Assembly (NCBI GenBank): GCA_035297365.1 | Contig: DATGZA010000012.1 | Location: 1 to 41,324, forward strand | Reading direction: 5' to 3' | From: Nitrososphaeraceae archaeon | Lineage (GTDB): Archaea > Thermoproteota > Nitrososphaeria > Nitrososphaerales > Nitrososphaeraceae | DNA: 41,324 nt | Shown: one piece after another, positions 20,845 through 30,758 of the stretch | How the letters are laid out: the number at the start of each line of letters is the position of its first letter | Numbering within the stretch: position 1 is the stretch's first letter | The notes under the pieces: model-generated | Told to the model about the DNA's origin: nothing | The model's input: only the letters and a program-made list of their open reading frames with translations | Databases searched by the model: none | Program-made: the position numbers and the translations under genes

Positions 20845-21735
20845 TTAACTCAATTTTTTGCCACAATCTTCACAGTAAATTGCGTCTGATTCATTTTGAT
20901 TCATACATGAACTACATATTTTAGGTTTTGTCTGATCATTTGCAGTATTTACTTCTAATTTATTATTTTGATGACGTGAAATGAGAACTATATCACCTAT
21001 TTTAGAAATATTTGACCATGTTATTTCATCATTTTTATTACTGGTTTGATCTTCAGATAGCACTTTAGTATTATTAACTTTTAATGTTATTTGTATAACT
21101 CCATTGGAAGATTTTCTAAGACCAATTTCTTTAACATTTCCAACCAACATAGCCTCATTATCATATATTGGCATACCTATTATAGATTGGATTGGAAAAT
21201 ATTTATCGCTTGATATCGTAACCTCTGATGATTCTACTTCTTCTTTAACTGCCTTTTGAACCATTTCTAACTCTTTGCGTGCTATGGAAGATTTTGATGA
21301 AGTAATCTTATTATTTTCTTGCCCCGTAGATGAACTAATTATATTTTCTTCTTTTAATTTATTTTTAGATATTTCATTCGATGTTGGAGATTTCTTTATC
21401 AATTCCTCATCTTTATTAAACTTTCTATATTGAGATATTGTAGATTTACAAGATGTACATTTGTATTCACCCTTTTCTACCAATATTACACCCTCACCGA
21501 CCTCTTCATTTGGATTTTCATAAATAATATCAGGAGATTTAGGATAATCCTTTTCACATTTGTTACAATAGTATTTTAAAATTCTATCTTTATCTAATCT
21601 CCCAATTCCGGCTATAAATAATTCCGGTCCTCCAAGGTTTCCTTTTTTTTGTTCACTTTCGGAAACTTGTGCTATTATAAAACCTCCAGAACCACGTAGT
21701 TTTTTCTCCTTTAAATCTTCATCTTCTGCCATCAT
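20845..21735 (-). CDS. Zinc-ribbon/PRC-barrel protein
   Basis: CNKC..CTSC; PRC barrel (IIGMPIYDNEAMLVGNVKEI...ITWSNISKIGDIVLI); C-terminal CSSC..CEDC. Confidence 0.8.
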   Translation of the reverse strand: MMAEDEDLKEKKLRGSGGFIIAQVSESEQKKGNLGGPELFIAGIGRLDKDRILKYYCNKCEKDYPKSPDIIYENPNEEVGEGVILVEKGEYKCTSCKSTISQYRKFNKDEELIKKSPTSNEISKNKLKEENIISSSTGQENNKITSSKSSIARKELEMVQKAVKEEVESSEVTISSDKYFPIQSIIGMPIYDNEAMLVGNVKEIGLRKSSNGVIQITLKVNNTKVLSEDQTSNKNDEITWSNISKIGDIVLISRHQNNKLEVNTANDQTKPKICSSCMNQNESDAIYCEDCGKKLS

Positions 21736-22028
21736 AATGAGTAATAGTTCGATCGAAAAACGCTCGTATTAGTGTTTGTATAAATTATATCCAATTTTAA
21801 TATACCAGAATATAATTACATTATGGACATAAAAAGAAAACTTGTATATTAAATACTCTTCATTACCATAATACATTTTTAGATTTTATTTATTAAATTA
21901 ATAATCAATAATAAAATATAAAATCAACACAAGAATGAAATTATTATTAATATTTAAACAATTAATGGGTAGTTACCAGTTTAAAGGTTCGGTATATATA
22001 TAATACCTAAAGTGGATATTTAATATAG

Positions 22029-22547
22029 ATGACAGCTACAGATAACGAAGAATCTTTTGTTAAAATATCAAATTTGATAGGTGGTGAAGAATATAAGAGA
22101 GTAGCTAAAGCATTATTAAATACACAAGATGCCACAGATGAAGAGATAGCTAGCGCAACTGGAATGAGAATTAATATCATTAGAAAGGTGTTGTATGACA
22201 TGTTCGGAAAAGCTTTGATCACGGGTATTCGTGTTAAGGATGAAAAAAAAGGATGGTTTGTATATAGATGGCGTGCTAAAAGCGACCAGGTTGATAATTT
22301 TATTGACAATCAGAAGAAGAAGATCTTAGAAAGATTACAAAAAAGATTAGAATACGAGGAGTCGTCAGAATTTTATCATTGTGGAAATAATGAATGTCAA
22401 AGAATAAAATTTGATGTAGCAATAGAATCATTTTTTAAGTGTCCCACATGTAAGGGTAACCTTGCTATGGTAGATAATAACTATACAAAAGAAGCATTAA
22501 GATATAAGATAGATCAGATTATGTCTGAAGTTTCTTTAGATAGATAG
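22029..22547 (+). CDS. tfe: Transcription factor E
   Basis: wHTH with TDEEIA, RKVLY, GWFVYRW, then a zinc ribbon (FKCPTCKG). Confidence 0.95.
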   Translation: MTATDNEESFVKISNLIGGEEYKRVAKALLNTQDATDEEIASATGMRINIIRKVLYDMFGKALITGIRVKDEKKGWFVYRWRAKSDQVDNFIDNQKKKILERLQKRLEYEESSEFYHCGNNECQRIKFDVAIESFFKCPTCKGNLAMVDNNYTKEALRYKIDQIMSEVSLDR

Positions 22548-22560
22548 AACCTGGTGTAAA

Positions 22561-23226
22561 TCATAATTTATAATGTAATACTATTTCTCCATTACGATAT
22601 CTGATCACTCTCACAAGTTTTAGATTTATTCCTGCGGAGATCTTTGGATATCCAGTACCTTCTACCAATGTTATTGCGTTTTTTCCCCCTATAATTTTTG
22701 GAGATATTGTTAATATTAATTTGGTAACAAGTCCAGAAGAAAGACATGACCAATTAATTTCTCCTCCTCCTTCTACCAAAATTTTTTTATATCCCATTTT
22801 ATATAAAACATCAAACAATTTTGGCAAATCCACTGATTTTGTACCTATGACAAATACCTTTGCACCAAAAGAATTGATTTTTTTTATTATATCAGCATGA
22901 GTTTTTTTTGTAACTATTATAAGAGTATCTATAAAAGAAGCACTTTTCAGAATTTTTGAATCTAGCGGTATTTTACCAGTACTGTCGATGATAATTCGTG
23001 TAGGTATTTTTCTTTTTGAATTAGATAGTCTAACATTCAGCATTGGATCGTCAATTATCACAGTATTAATTCCTACCATAATTGCATCAACATTGGAACG
23101 TAATTTGTGTAAACGAATCAAGTCTTCTCGAGAGGAAATTTTCGAGTCACCTGTAGAAGAAGAGATTTTTCCATCTACAGTCATTGCTGAATTAATTATT
23201 ATTTGCAGGTCAGAATGTAATATCAT
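22561..23226 (-). CDS. arfC: 2,5-diamino-6-(ribosylamino)-4(3H)-pyrimidinone 5'-phosphate reductase (RibD reductase domain only)
   Basis: AMTVDGKI, DAIMVGINTV..DDP, LVEGGG; no deaminase domain. Confidence 0.9.
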   Translation of the reverse strand: MILHSDLQIIINSAMTVDGKISSSTGDSKISSREDLIRLHKLRSNVDAIMVGINTVIIDDPMLNVRLSNSKRKIPTRIIIDSTGKIPLDSKILKSASFIDTLIIVTKKTHADIIKKINSFGAKVFVIGTKSVDLPKLFDVLYKMGYKKILVEGGGEINWSCLSSGLVTKLILTISPKIIGGKNAITLVEGTGYPKISAGINLKLVRVIRYRNGEIVLHYKL

Positions 23227-24502
23227 TTACAAATCTTCCATTTATCATTACTGATTTAATTGCGTCATAAGAAAGACGATGTATTATGGAAGAATAAACA
23301 TTGTGAATTGGTTGTAGATCCAAATGAAATTTATCAATAAATAACAGATCAGCAAATTTTCCTTTATCTATTGATCCAGAATTTAACCTAAAAAGTTCTC
23401 CCGGATTGACTGTAATCATCTTTAATAATTCTTTCAATTTAACAGTAGTAGAATATCTTGGACTCGGTGATTTGAACACTTTCCACAAATAGTCTAACTC
23501 GCGTAAAAGATCAGGAGAATTAACCATAATATTATCAGTACCAATAGCAATTTTGCATCCCAATTTTAACATCGACATTACATCAGGAATTCCATTTCCA
23601 AGAATACCATTAGATCTCGGACATACAACTATACCAATCTTATTTTTTGATACTAGCATAAGATCATTTAAACTTGCATGTGTCATGTGAACTAGGATAT
23701 TAGGTTTCAGAAATGTAAGTATTCTCTCGACTTCAGTTTTTTTAGTATATTTGTTTGAGAAATCCAAAGTTTTTTTAGATTCAGCAGCATGAATGGCAAT
23801 AATTTTTCTTTTCTTTAGGTATTGTTCCTGAAATTTTCCAATAGTTGATCGATATTGTTTGAGAGCAGAATCTGTATTTTCATTTGCTCCGCTTATTCCC
23901 AAGCCATCACTTAATTTCAGTAGATCATGGATAGAAGACAGAATCCTTGAGGGTATACTTGGATTATAGAATTTATTGTCTTTTTGTCTTCCAAACATTT
24001 GTATCTCTTTTAAATCAAAGTAATATTCTATTCTTCCCAAGATTACCGATTTTATTGGCAGACCAGTTAAAGAATCTAATAGTAATTGAACACCTTGTAC
24101 ACCGCCTTCTCTAAAATCTACAAATGTTACTATGCCTTTTTTTATCATGCTGATTGCGGAATTTCGAATAAAATATTTTATATGTGTCTGATTACTATTT
24201 GTTAATATCTTTCTTTTAATTCCATAAACTGGATGAATTTGCTCTTCAAATTTAAAATCCATCGATATATCTTTTCCTATTGAATCTGCAATATGAGTAT
24301 GGGCATTAATCAATCCAGGTATAACAAGTAATCCTTCTCCATCAAAAACCTGAGTAGCCTTATTCTCATCAGTATATGAATACTCATCAATTGATCCTAC
24401 ATCAAGAATAATCCCTTGATTATTAATATTTATAAATCCTTGATCAATAAACGTTAAATCTTTTCCATAAAGTAAGCTTATGTTTTTAATTAATATAGTC
24501 AT
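23210..24502 (-). CDS. Metal-dependent amidohydrolase/deaminase
   Basis: PGLINAHTH, DFREGG, IHAAES, VHMTH, CPRSN, IGTDN. Confidence 0.9.
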   Translation of the reverse strand: MTILIKNISLLYGKDLTFIDQGFININNQGIILDVGSIDEYSYTDENKATQVFDGEGLLVIPGLINAHTHIADSIGKDISMDFKFEEQIHPVYGIKRKILTNSNQTHIKYFIRNSAISMIKKGIVTFVDFREGGVQGVQLLLDSLTGLPIKSVILGRIEYYFDLKEIQMFGRQKDNKFYNPSIPSRILSSIHDLLKLSDGLGISGANENTDSALKQYRSTIGKFQEQYLKKRKIIAIHAAESKKTLDFSNKYTKKTEVERILTFLKPNILVHMTHASLNDLMLVSKNKIGIVVCPRSNGILGNGIPDVMSMLKLGCKIAIGTDNIMVNSPDLLRELDYLWKVFKSPSPRYSTTVKLKELLKMITVNPGELFRLNSGSIDKGKFADLLFIDKFHLDLQPIHNVYSSIIHRLSYDAIKSVMINGRFVNDITF

Positions 24503-25272
24503 AATGATTCATAGATATTCAGAATTTTACCTTCATTTCGTAATTTTCGTATAGTATCAAGTGATTTTGTTGCTTTTTTAGCAGCTTCTCTTGATGTGGT
24601 TCCAGATCCTATTCCACAATTCAAATTCACTGCGGATTCGTCGTATATAACATCAAGTAAATCACAAATTTCAGAATCCTTCAAGTCATCAGCAAGTACC
24701 ATAAAATTGTCTCCTCCCAAAAAGAAAGTTAATGATTTTTTTTTGAGAAACTTATCGATAAGCATTACATATATTTTCATCACTTGAGAAGTAACTTCAT
24801 ATGGCGATAATCTAGATTCTATTCTTGAGGAATTATTTATATCAATATGAAGGATTTTGATACGATGATCACTATTGGTTTTCTCTGAATTCAAATAATT
24901 ATCAGAATTGCAATAAATTAAAAAAGGGGAATCAAGAATTTTTTTTTCTTTTCTAGCTTTATAGGCCCCCTTATTAGCATCTATTGGAGTGTTTCCTATC
25001 CCTATAGAAATTGACAAGTTCAGATCGGGATACATTTTATAAATTTCTGTAAGTATTTTCACATGGTCCTCGATTGATAAAGTATTGGAAACTACAAAAT
25101 ATTCATCAAATCGATTAAAGAATACTAAACAATTTTTTTTTGAAAATAATTTTTGTAGATCACCATATATTTGAGATTGAAGAATTTGCAATTGTGCTTC
25201 TCTATCACTCCCTAAGGTTAGAGTCCAAGGACCGTATCCCTCAATTTTCAAGATGGATATTTGAATAGTCAT
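24499..25272 (-). CDS. gch3: GTP cyclohydrolase III (IIa)
   Basis: GYGPWTLTLGSDRE, RFD, HIDIN, FLGGDN. Confidence 0.93.
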   Translation of the reverse strand: MTIQISILKIEGYGPWTLTLGSDREAQLQILQSQIYGDLQKLFSKKNCLVFFNRFDEYFVVSNTLSIEDHVKILTEIYKMYPDLNLSISIGIGNTPIDANKGAYKARKEKKILDSPFLIYCNSDNYLNSEKTNSDHRIKILHIDINNSSRIESRLSPYEVTSQVMKIYVMLIDKFLKKKSLTFFLGGDNFMVLADDLKDSEICDLLDVIYDESAVNLNCGIGSGTTSREAAKKATKSLDTIRKLRNEGKILNIYESL

Positions 25273-25730
25273 TTTATGATAATCGTTTCATTTTGTAGGT
25301 TATCAATTTCATTGATTTTTTGTAATCTTGTCACCATATTTACTGCAGCATTTACCGTTCTTATTGGTACTATTTTTACTCTTTCCCAAGCTTGGTCCAG
25401 CGTCATATCAGGTCCAGAAATTCCAAGCAAAATCGGCTTTTTATATTTAAGTGATAAATCTGCTAAAAGTCTAGCAGTATTTTCTGCCACTATAATATCA
25501 TGTTTAGTATCCCCCTTGATAACTGCTCCCAATGTAACTATAGCATCAACATTAGGTTTCTTTAGTAAACTGCTGATCATTATTGGCATATCAAAAGTAC
25601 CAGGAACATAACATATGTAGCTTATAATCGCTCCCAACTTTGATGCTTGAGATTTAGCTTCTTCTAACATATTACTAGTAACATCATAATTAAATTCTGA
25701 AACTACGATTCCTATTCTGATAGGAAACAA
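25269..25730 (-). CDS. ribH: 6,7-dimethyl-8-ribityllumazine synthase
   Basis: IVVSEFN, VPGTFDMP, LGAVIKGDTKHD. Confidence 0.95.
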   Translation of the reverse strand: MFPIRIGIVVSEFNYDVTSNMLEEAKSQASKLGAIISYICYVPGTFDMPIMISSLLKKPNVDAIVTLGAVIKGDTKHDIIVAENTARLLADLSLKYKKPILLGISGPDMTLDQAWERVKIVPIRTVNAAVNMVTRLQKINEIDNLQNETIIIK

Positions 25731-25738
25731 TTCTAAAA

Positions 25739-26440
25739 TTAAACCACCGAATATGTTTTTAATTGATTAGATTCTAGCAAGGGAATATTGGCCTTGGCCG
25801 CATAGATATTAGCTTCTTCAATTGATAACGATCCGTAAGTTTTAGAATCAAGCATCTCACAAATTGCAACAACAGGCGTAATTCCAGCAAGTTTTGCCAA
25901 GTATATTGCAAGCTCAGTGTGACCAAATCTTTCTTTTAATAGACCTGATGCAGCAATTAGAAGAGGAACATGACCTGGTGTCCTGAAATTATTAATAAAT
26001 TCAGATATTCCACCATTATCGATATTTTTACAGGCTGACGCGAGCATGGATATGGTCAACGCCCTATCGTGATCGGTTATTCCAGTGTATGTTTTACGAT
26101 GATTGACAGAAATTGAAAATGAAGGTTTATCACCGTATGGTGCACGACCGTTTGTCATGGTGAGAAACAAATTATTTACACTAGGAGTATTATTGAAAAT
26201 ATCGTGTAAATACGATAAGCCTAATTTTTTAGATATCAAACCGTCGATTGCTAAACACAGCAAACCGCCCGCATCATTTCTCATTGTTGCTACATGTTTT
26301 GGTGTGATGTTCTCACCAGCCACAATCATGTCTATCTCATTTTCTCGATTTTTATCATCATGGACTAGAACAAACTTGCCTTGACGCAATGCGAGTATAG
26401 CTTTATCTATCGCTGACAAACAATAGATAAATAAAACCAT
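25739..26440 (-). CDS. ribB: 3,4-dihydroxy-2-butanone-4-phosphate synthase
   Basis: DDKNRENEID, TGITDHDR, PGHVPLL, RFGHTE, ICEM. Confidence 0.95.
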   Translation of the reverse strand: MVLFIYCLSAIDKAILALRQGKFVLVHDDKNRENEIDMIVAGENITPKHVATMRNDAGGLLCLAIDGLISKKLGLSYLHDIFNNTPSVNNLFLTMTNGRAPYGDKPSFSISVNHRKTYTGITDHDRALTISMLASACKNIDNGGISEFINNFRTPGHVPLLIAASGLLKERFGHTELAIYLAKLAGITPVVAICEMLDSKTYGSLSIEEANIYAAKANIPLLESNQLKTYSVV

Positions 26441-26475
26441 ATTTATTATATAGTTTACTATGATTTTTGTTATTA

Positions 26476-27117
26476 CTAATTTTTTGGTAATAGTTTAGAT
26501 ATATATTTTCCAACAATATCAAATTCAATATTTACTGGATCCCCTATCGACTTGATGCCCAATGTAGTATTTTTTAAGGTGTGAGGGATCAATGTGATAG
26601 AAAATAGAAGACCAGTCACATCTACTACAGTTAAGCTTATTCCGTCTATTGCTATAGAACCTTTTGAAACTATAAATCGCAGCAGTTCTTTTTTTTCCTC
26701 TGGTATTTCGATAACAATTTTTGTCTCATTAGGAAGTATTATTTTATCATGAATTATTCCTATGCAATCAACATGACCCTGAACAAAATGTCCATCAAAG
26801 CGACCAGAAGCTCGCATACTTCTTTCAATGTTTGTTTTATCACCTTTCTTTATTAAATTCAAACAAGTTCTCTTTACTGTTTCACCAACCAATTCAAATT
26901 CTGCAATACCATTATGAAGATTAGTAATTGTTAAACATGTACCATTTACGGATATACTTTGACCTATCTTTAGACCTTTACCTAGTCCTTTAAGATCTAT
27001 TGTAAGTTTGATTTCTGGAGAGGATTTGGATATCTTGTTTTTTAAATATTTAATAGATTTTACCTCGCACAAAGATTCGACTATACCTGTAAACATTTCC
27101 AAGATATCATTTATCAA
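26476..27117 (-). CDS. ribE: Riboflavin synthase (bacterial-type alpha chain)
   Basis: MFTGIVE, SISVNGTCLT, GHFVQGHVD, KGSIAIDGISLTV, LIPHT. Confidence 0.95.
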   Translation of the reverse strand: MINDILEMFTGIVESLCEVKSIKYLKNKISKSSPEIKLTIDLKGLGKGLKIGQSISVNGTCLTITNLHNGIAEFELVGETVKRTCLNLIKKGDKTNIERSMRASGRFDGHFVQGHVDCIGIIHDKIILPNETKIVIEIPEEKKELLRFIVSKGSIAIDGISLTVVDVTGLLFSITLIPHTLKNTTLGIKSIGDPVNIEFDIVGKYISKLLPKN

Positions 27118-27235
27118 TTATTAATAAAATTATATCGATTTTAAAAATCTAAGTTGATTAGAAAAATGAATATCTTTCTTTTATTAATTCATATCAAAGA
27201 TATTTTAAATATTAATTGGTGATAATACATAGAAG

Positions 27236-28102
27236 TTGACGATAATAATTAGAAAGGATTCTTATTTTTTAGACCTTCTGAAAAGGAACCTCAAAGAACA
27301 TTACGATACTAGAAGAAGATTGGATAACATTATTCATATATCAGACGTATTACCATCAAATTGTCTAAGAAAACAATACTACACCAGAAAAATCCCCGAG
27401 AAAGATATCTTATCAGACGAATTAATCCAACATTTTATCAGAGGAGAATCTAGTGAATTTGTGATCTCCAAATTATCAAATATTGGTGTAACACAAAATG
27501 AATTAAAAATTGAAGAATTGGTTGCACATCCAGATATAATGAATGAAGAAATGATCGTTGAGTTAAAGGATACAACAAGTCATAAACGCTTGGACATAAA
27601 TGACAAGAAATTTAGGTCGTATTTAAGACAATTACTATATTACTTGGTTATCTCTGGGTTAGAAAAAGGAATTATTTCTATCAGATATACGAACGATGAA
27701 CTTAAATTTATAAAAAGCGATCTGGAAGGAGATTATTTTTTTAGACCTAATAAAGCTAAGAAACAGCAAATAGAAAGTTGGAGAGTTTTCTTACCAAAGG
27801 ATGACATAATTAGAGAGATATTAAAAAATGAGATGATCAGAAGGAAGAATTTATTACTAAAAGCAATTGTTGAAGATGACGTTTCAATATTACCAAGAAT
27901 ACCTGAATCAAAAAGAGGAAATATATGTACTAAATGTGAATATTTCCACATGTGTATGGATATAGATGACGAAACTAAAGAAGCGGTAGATATGTCAAAA
28001 GAATTAGATGTATTTGACATCAAAGGAATAATCGATTTCAAACCTATTTTTGAAGATGAAGTTAAAATAAATAAAAAAATTAAAGAAAAAGATAATTATT
28101 AA
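27236..28102 (+). CDS. Solo Cas4-like PD-(D/E)XK nuclease with Fe-S cysteines
   Basis: IHISD..CLRKQYY, HPDI, IVELK, QLLYY, C-terminal CTKCEYFHMC. Confidence 0.85.
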   Translation: MTIIIRKDSYFLDLLKRNLKEHYDTRRRLDNIIHISDVLPSNCLRKQYYTRKIPEKDILSDELIQHFIRGESSEFVISKLSNIGVTQNELKIEELVAHPDIMNEEMIVELKDTTSHKRLDINDKKFRSYLRQLLYYLVISGLEKGIISIRYTNDELKFIKSDLEGDYFFRPNKAKKQQIESWRVFLPKDDIIREILKNEMIRRKNLLLKAIVEDDVSILPRIPESKRGNICTKCEYFHMCMDIDDETKEAVDMSKELDVFDIKGIIDFKPIFEDEVKINKKIKEKDNY

Positions 28103-28250
28103 CTACTTTAGAATATAAAATTGGTATCTATATTAGAAAATTATTCACCTATAATACTTGTAGAATCGTTGAAAAGTGGATCATGTTAGAATTTGGTTGG
28201 AAAAACAAGCAAGCTTATAATATCATATAACTCAAAATTAAGAATATCTT

Positions 28251-29723
28251 ATGGATAATGTTATAACCAAACGAGGAAATCATGTAGTTGAAAAAACTAG
28301 TGAATTCGTATATAGAATAAATGTCAACCAATCAAAAAAAATGAATGTTCCAGTTACAGTTTACGCTGATGATAATCTATTATTAAAAATGAGTGAAGAT
28401 AGAACACTTGATCAGGCTGTGAATGTTTCAACTTTACCCGGAGTAAGAAAACATATAGTTGTATTGCCAGATGGTCATGAAGGATATGGATTCCCGGTAG
28501 GAGGTGTTGCCGCTACAGATTTAGAAGAAGGAGTGATAAGTCCTGGTGGAGTAGGATACGATATCAATTGTGGCGTTAGATTGCTTAGATCCAATCTAAA
28601 AGTACATAATGTTAGAAACCAATTAAAGAATCTTGTCAATGAATTGTTTGGTGCCATACCTTCTGGAGTTGGAAGTGAAGGTACTATTAAACTCAATAAA
28701 TCAGAATTAAATGACTTGCTAGTCGAAGGAGTTGATTGGGCCATTGAACATGGATATGGATTAGAACAGGATGCAGAGGTATGTGAAGAGAACGGCAGAA
28801 TGGTAGGTGCCGATCCTGAAAGTATTTCAGAGACAGCTAGGAAAAGGGGAGCTCCTCAATTAGGAAGTTTAGGTTCTGGAAACCATTTTCTTGAAATACA
28901 AGAAATTCAAGAAATTTTTGATGAGAAAGCTGCACAAGTAATGGGACTTGAGAAAGGACAATTAACAGTATTGATCCACTGTGGGTCAAGAGGATTTGGG
29001 CACCAAGTTTGTAGTGACTATCTCAGATATTCTGAACAAGCACTAAGGAAATATAAAATTGAACTGATTGATAGAGAATTAGCATGTGTTCCAAATAATT
29101 CTCCAGAGGGAGAGAATTATAGAAAAGCGATGTATTGTGCTCTGAATTTTGCCTGGTCCAATAGACAAATGATAACTCATTTTACAAGAAGAGTATTTGA
29201 AAAGATACTTTCAATGTCTGAAACAGAATTGGATTTGAAGTTGGTTTATGATGTGGCACATAATATAGCCAAGATAGAGCGACACAGAATAGATGGTGAA
29301 GGAATGAGAGAGGTGGTTGTTCATAGAAAGGGTGCAACTAGGGCTTTTCCAGCAGGAATGGATCAAATTCCTAGTAAGTATCGCGGTATTGGACAACCAG
29401 TTATAATACCTGGATCTATGGGAACTGCAAGTTGGATATTATTAGGAAACGAAAAATCTCTTGATCTAAGTTTTGGATCTACTGCTCATGGTGCAGGAAG
29501 AACTATGTCAAGAAGCGCAGCAAAAAGAAATTTCACAGTAGATGATGTAAGAAGAGGATTAGAATCTAAGGGAATATATATTAAATCATTAACGAAAAAT
29601 GGAATAGTAGAAGAAACTCCTATGGCCTATAAAGATGTGGATTCTGTGGTTAATGTATCTGATTATCTAGGAATTGCAACTAAAGTAGCAAGACTAATAC
29701 CAGTTGGAGTGATCAAGGGTTAA
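28251..29723 (+). CDS. rtcB: tRNA-splicing ligase RtcB
   Basis: PDGHEGYGFPVG, GYDINCG, GSGNHFLE, HCGSRG, HRKGAT, PGSMG, HGAGR. Confidence 0.98.
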   Translation: MDNVITKRGNHVVEKTSEFVYRINVNQSKKMNVPVTVYADDNLLLKMSEDRTLDQAVNVSTLPGVRKHIVVLPDGHEGYGFPVGGVAATDLEEGVISPGGVGYDINCGVRLLRSNLKVHNVRNQLKNLVNELFGAIPSGVGSEGTIKLNKSELNDLLVEGVDWAIEHGYGLEQDAEVCEENGRMVGADPESISETARKRGAPQLGSLGSGNHFLEIQEIQEIFDEKAAQVMGLEKGQLTVLIHCGSRGFGHQVCSDYLRYSEQALRKYKIELIDRELACVPNNSPEGENYRKAMYCALNFAWSNRQMITHFTRRVFEKILSMSETELDLKLVYDVAHNIAKIERHRIDGEGMREVVVHRKGATRAFPAGMDQIPSKYRGIGQPVIIPGSMGTASWILLGNEKSLDLSFGSTAHGAGRTMSRSAAKRNFTVDDVRRGLESKGIYIKSLTKNGIVEETPMAYKDVDSVVNVSDYLGIATKVARLIPVGVIKG

Positions 29724-29724
29724 C

Positions 29725-30132
29725 ATGAACGAAGATCGTGATATAGAAATCCTAAAAGCAAAAAAAATGAAAGAGATTATGGAACGGATGGTTAAGCAAC
29801 AAAAAGAAAAGACGTTGAAAGAAATGAAGATTAAAAATATTTCCTTAGAAAAAGAAGCTATTTTATCATATCTATATGATAGGGGGGATGAGGTTTTAGC
29901 TCTAGCTGAATTACAGTTTCCAGATCAAACGAGGATAATAATTGGTAGAATTTTAGAACTTATCAAAGAAGGTGAGATTACGAAAAAAATATCAGGCGGA
30001 GAACTCCTTTCTTTATTTCGTTCCTTGGGATTAAACATTAAAGTAAAAACTACCATAAAAATTGAAGATCATGGAAAATATGTGTCATTTGCAGATAAAC
30101 TAAAACAAGATAAAGAAAATGATAATGTGTAG
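29725..30132 (+). CDS. PDCD5/TFAR19-like dsDNA-binding protein
   Basis: N-terminal EDRDIEILKAKKMKE followed by a helical core; abuts the rtcB stop. Confidence 0.7.
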   Translation: MNEDRDIEILKAKKMKEIMERMVKQQKEKTLKEMKIKNISLEKEAILSYLYDRGDEVLALAELQFPDQTRIIIGRILELIKEGEITKKISGGELLSLFRSLGLNIKVKTTIKIEDHGKYVSFADKLKQDKENDNV

Positions 30133-30305
30133 AATTTAAACGCGAATTATTATATATATTAAGGATATATATCTACGAGCAATAAACAAGATATTGACAG
30201 AACTATTGATTATTATATTAAGGTTATAGTATGAAAATAATACTTAATGATATTTTGTTCAAAACAATAAATATTATTGATATAAAATAGAAAATTGAAG
30301 AATTT

Positions 30306-30713
30306 TTAAACTCTTCTACCCCTTCTGCCGCCCGGTTTTCTAGTTGTATCATGTGGTACAGGAGTAACATCATCAATTCTACCTATTCTGAATCCAGCTC
30401 TGGCCAAAGCTCTTATTGCAGCTTGCGCTCCAGGACCTGGTATTCTAGGACCGACACCACCCACTGCTCGAACACGAATATGTAGTGCATTTATCCCTTT
30501 ACTTTTTGCAGCATCTGCCGCTGATACAGCCGATTTCATAGCTGCATAAGGAGAGGATTCATATCTATCTGCAGTAACATGTCTTCCTCCTGAGCTAAAA
30601 GAAATAGTTTCAGCACCACTGATATCTGTGATGTGAACTAATGTATTATTATAACTACTAAAAATATGAGCTACACCCCATTTATATTGAGTGATATCTT
30701 CGTTTTCAGACAT
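30306..30713 (-). CDS. rps11: 30S ribosomal protein S11 (uS11)
   Basis: [37 protein letters not shown]...GRRGRRV. Confidence 0.98.
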   Translation of the reverse strand: MSENEDITQYKWGVAHIFSSYNNTLVHITDISGAETISFSSGGRHVTADRYESSPYAAMKSAVSAADAAKSKGINALHIRVRAVGGVGPRIPGPGAQAAIRALARAGFRIGRIDDVTPVPHDTTRKPGGRRGRRV

Positions 30714-30758
30714 GATTGATATCTCATCAGATCAGGATATTAAAACTTTATCAATGTA

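Noticed and set aside
27117-28251. CRISPR-Cas locus suggested by the Cas4-like gene
   Set aside because: No repeat-spacer array and no other cas genes anywhere in the window.
17698-29396. Antisense ORFs inside the M20, ligase, tfe, rib, Cas4-like and rtcB genes
   Set aside because: They overlap well-supported genes on the opposite strand and have no motifs.
30306-30713. rps11 outside a ribosomal protein operon
   Set aside because: Intact gene among core genes; likely a lineage-typical arrangement.
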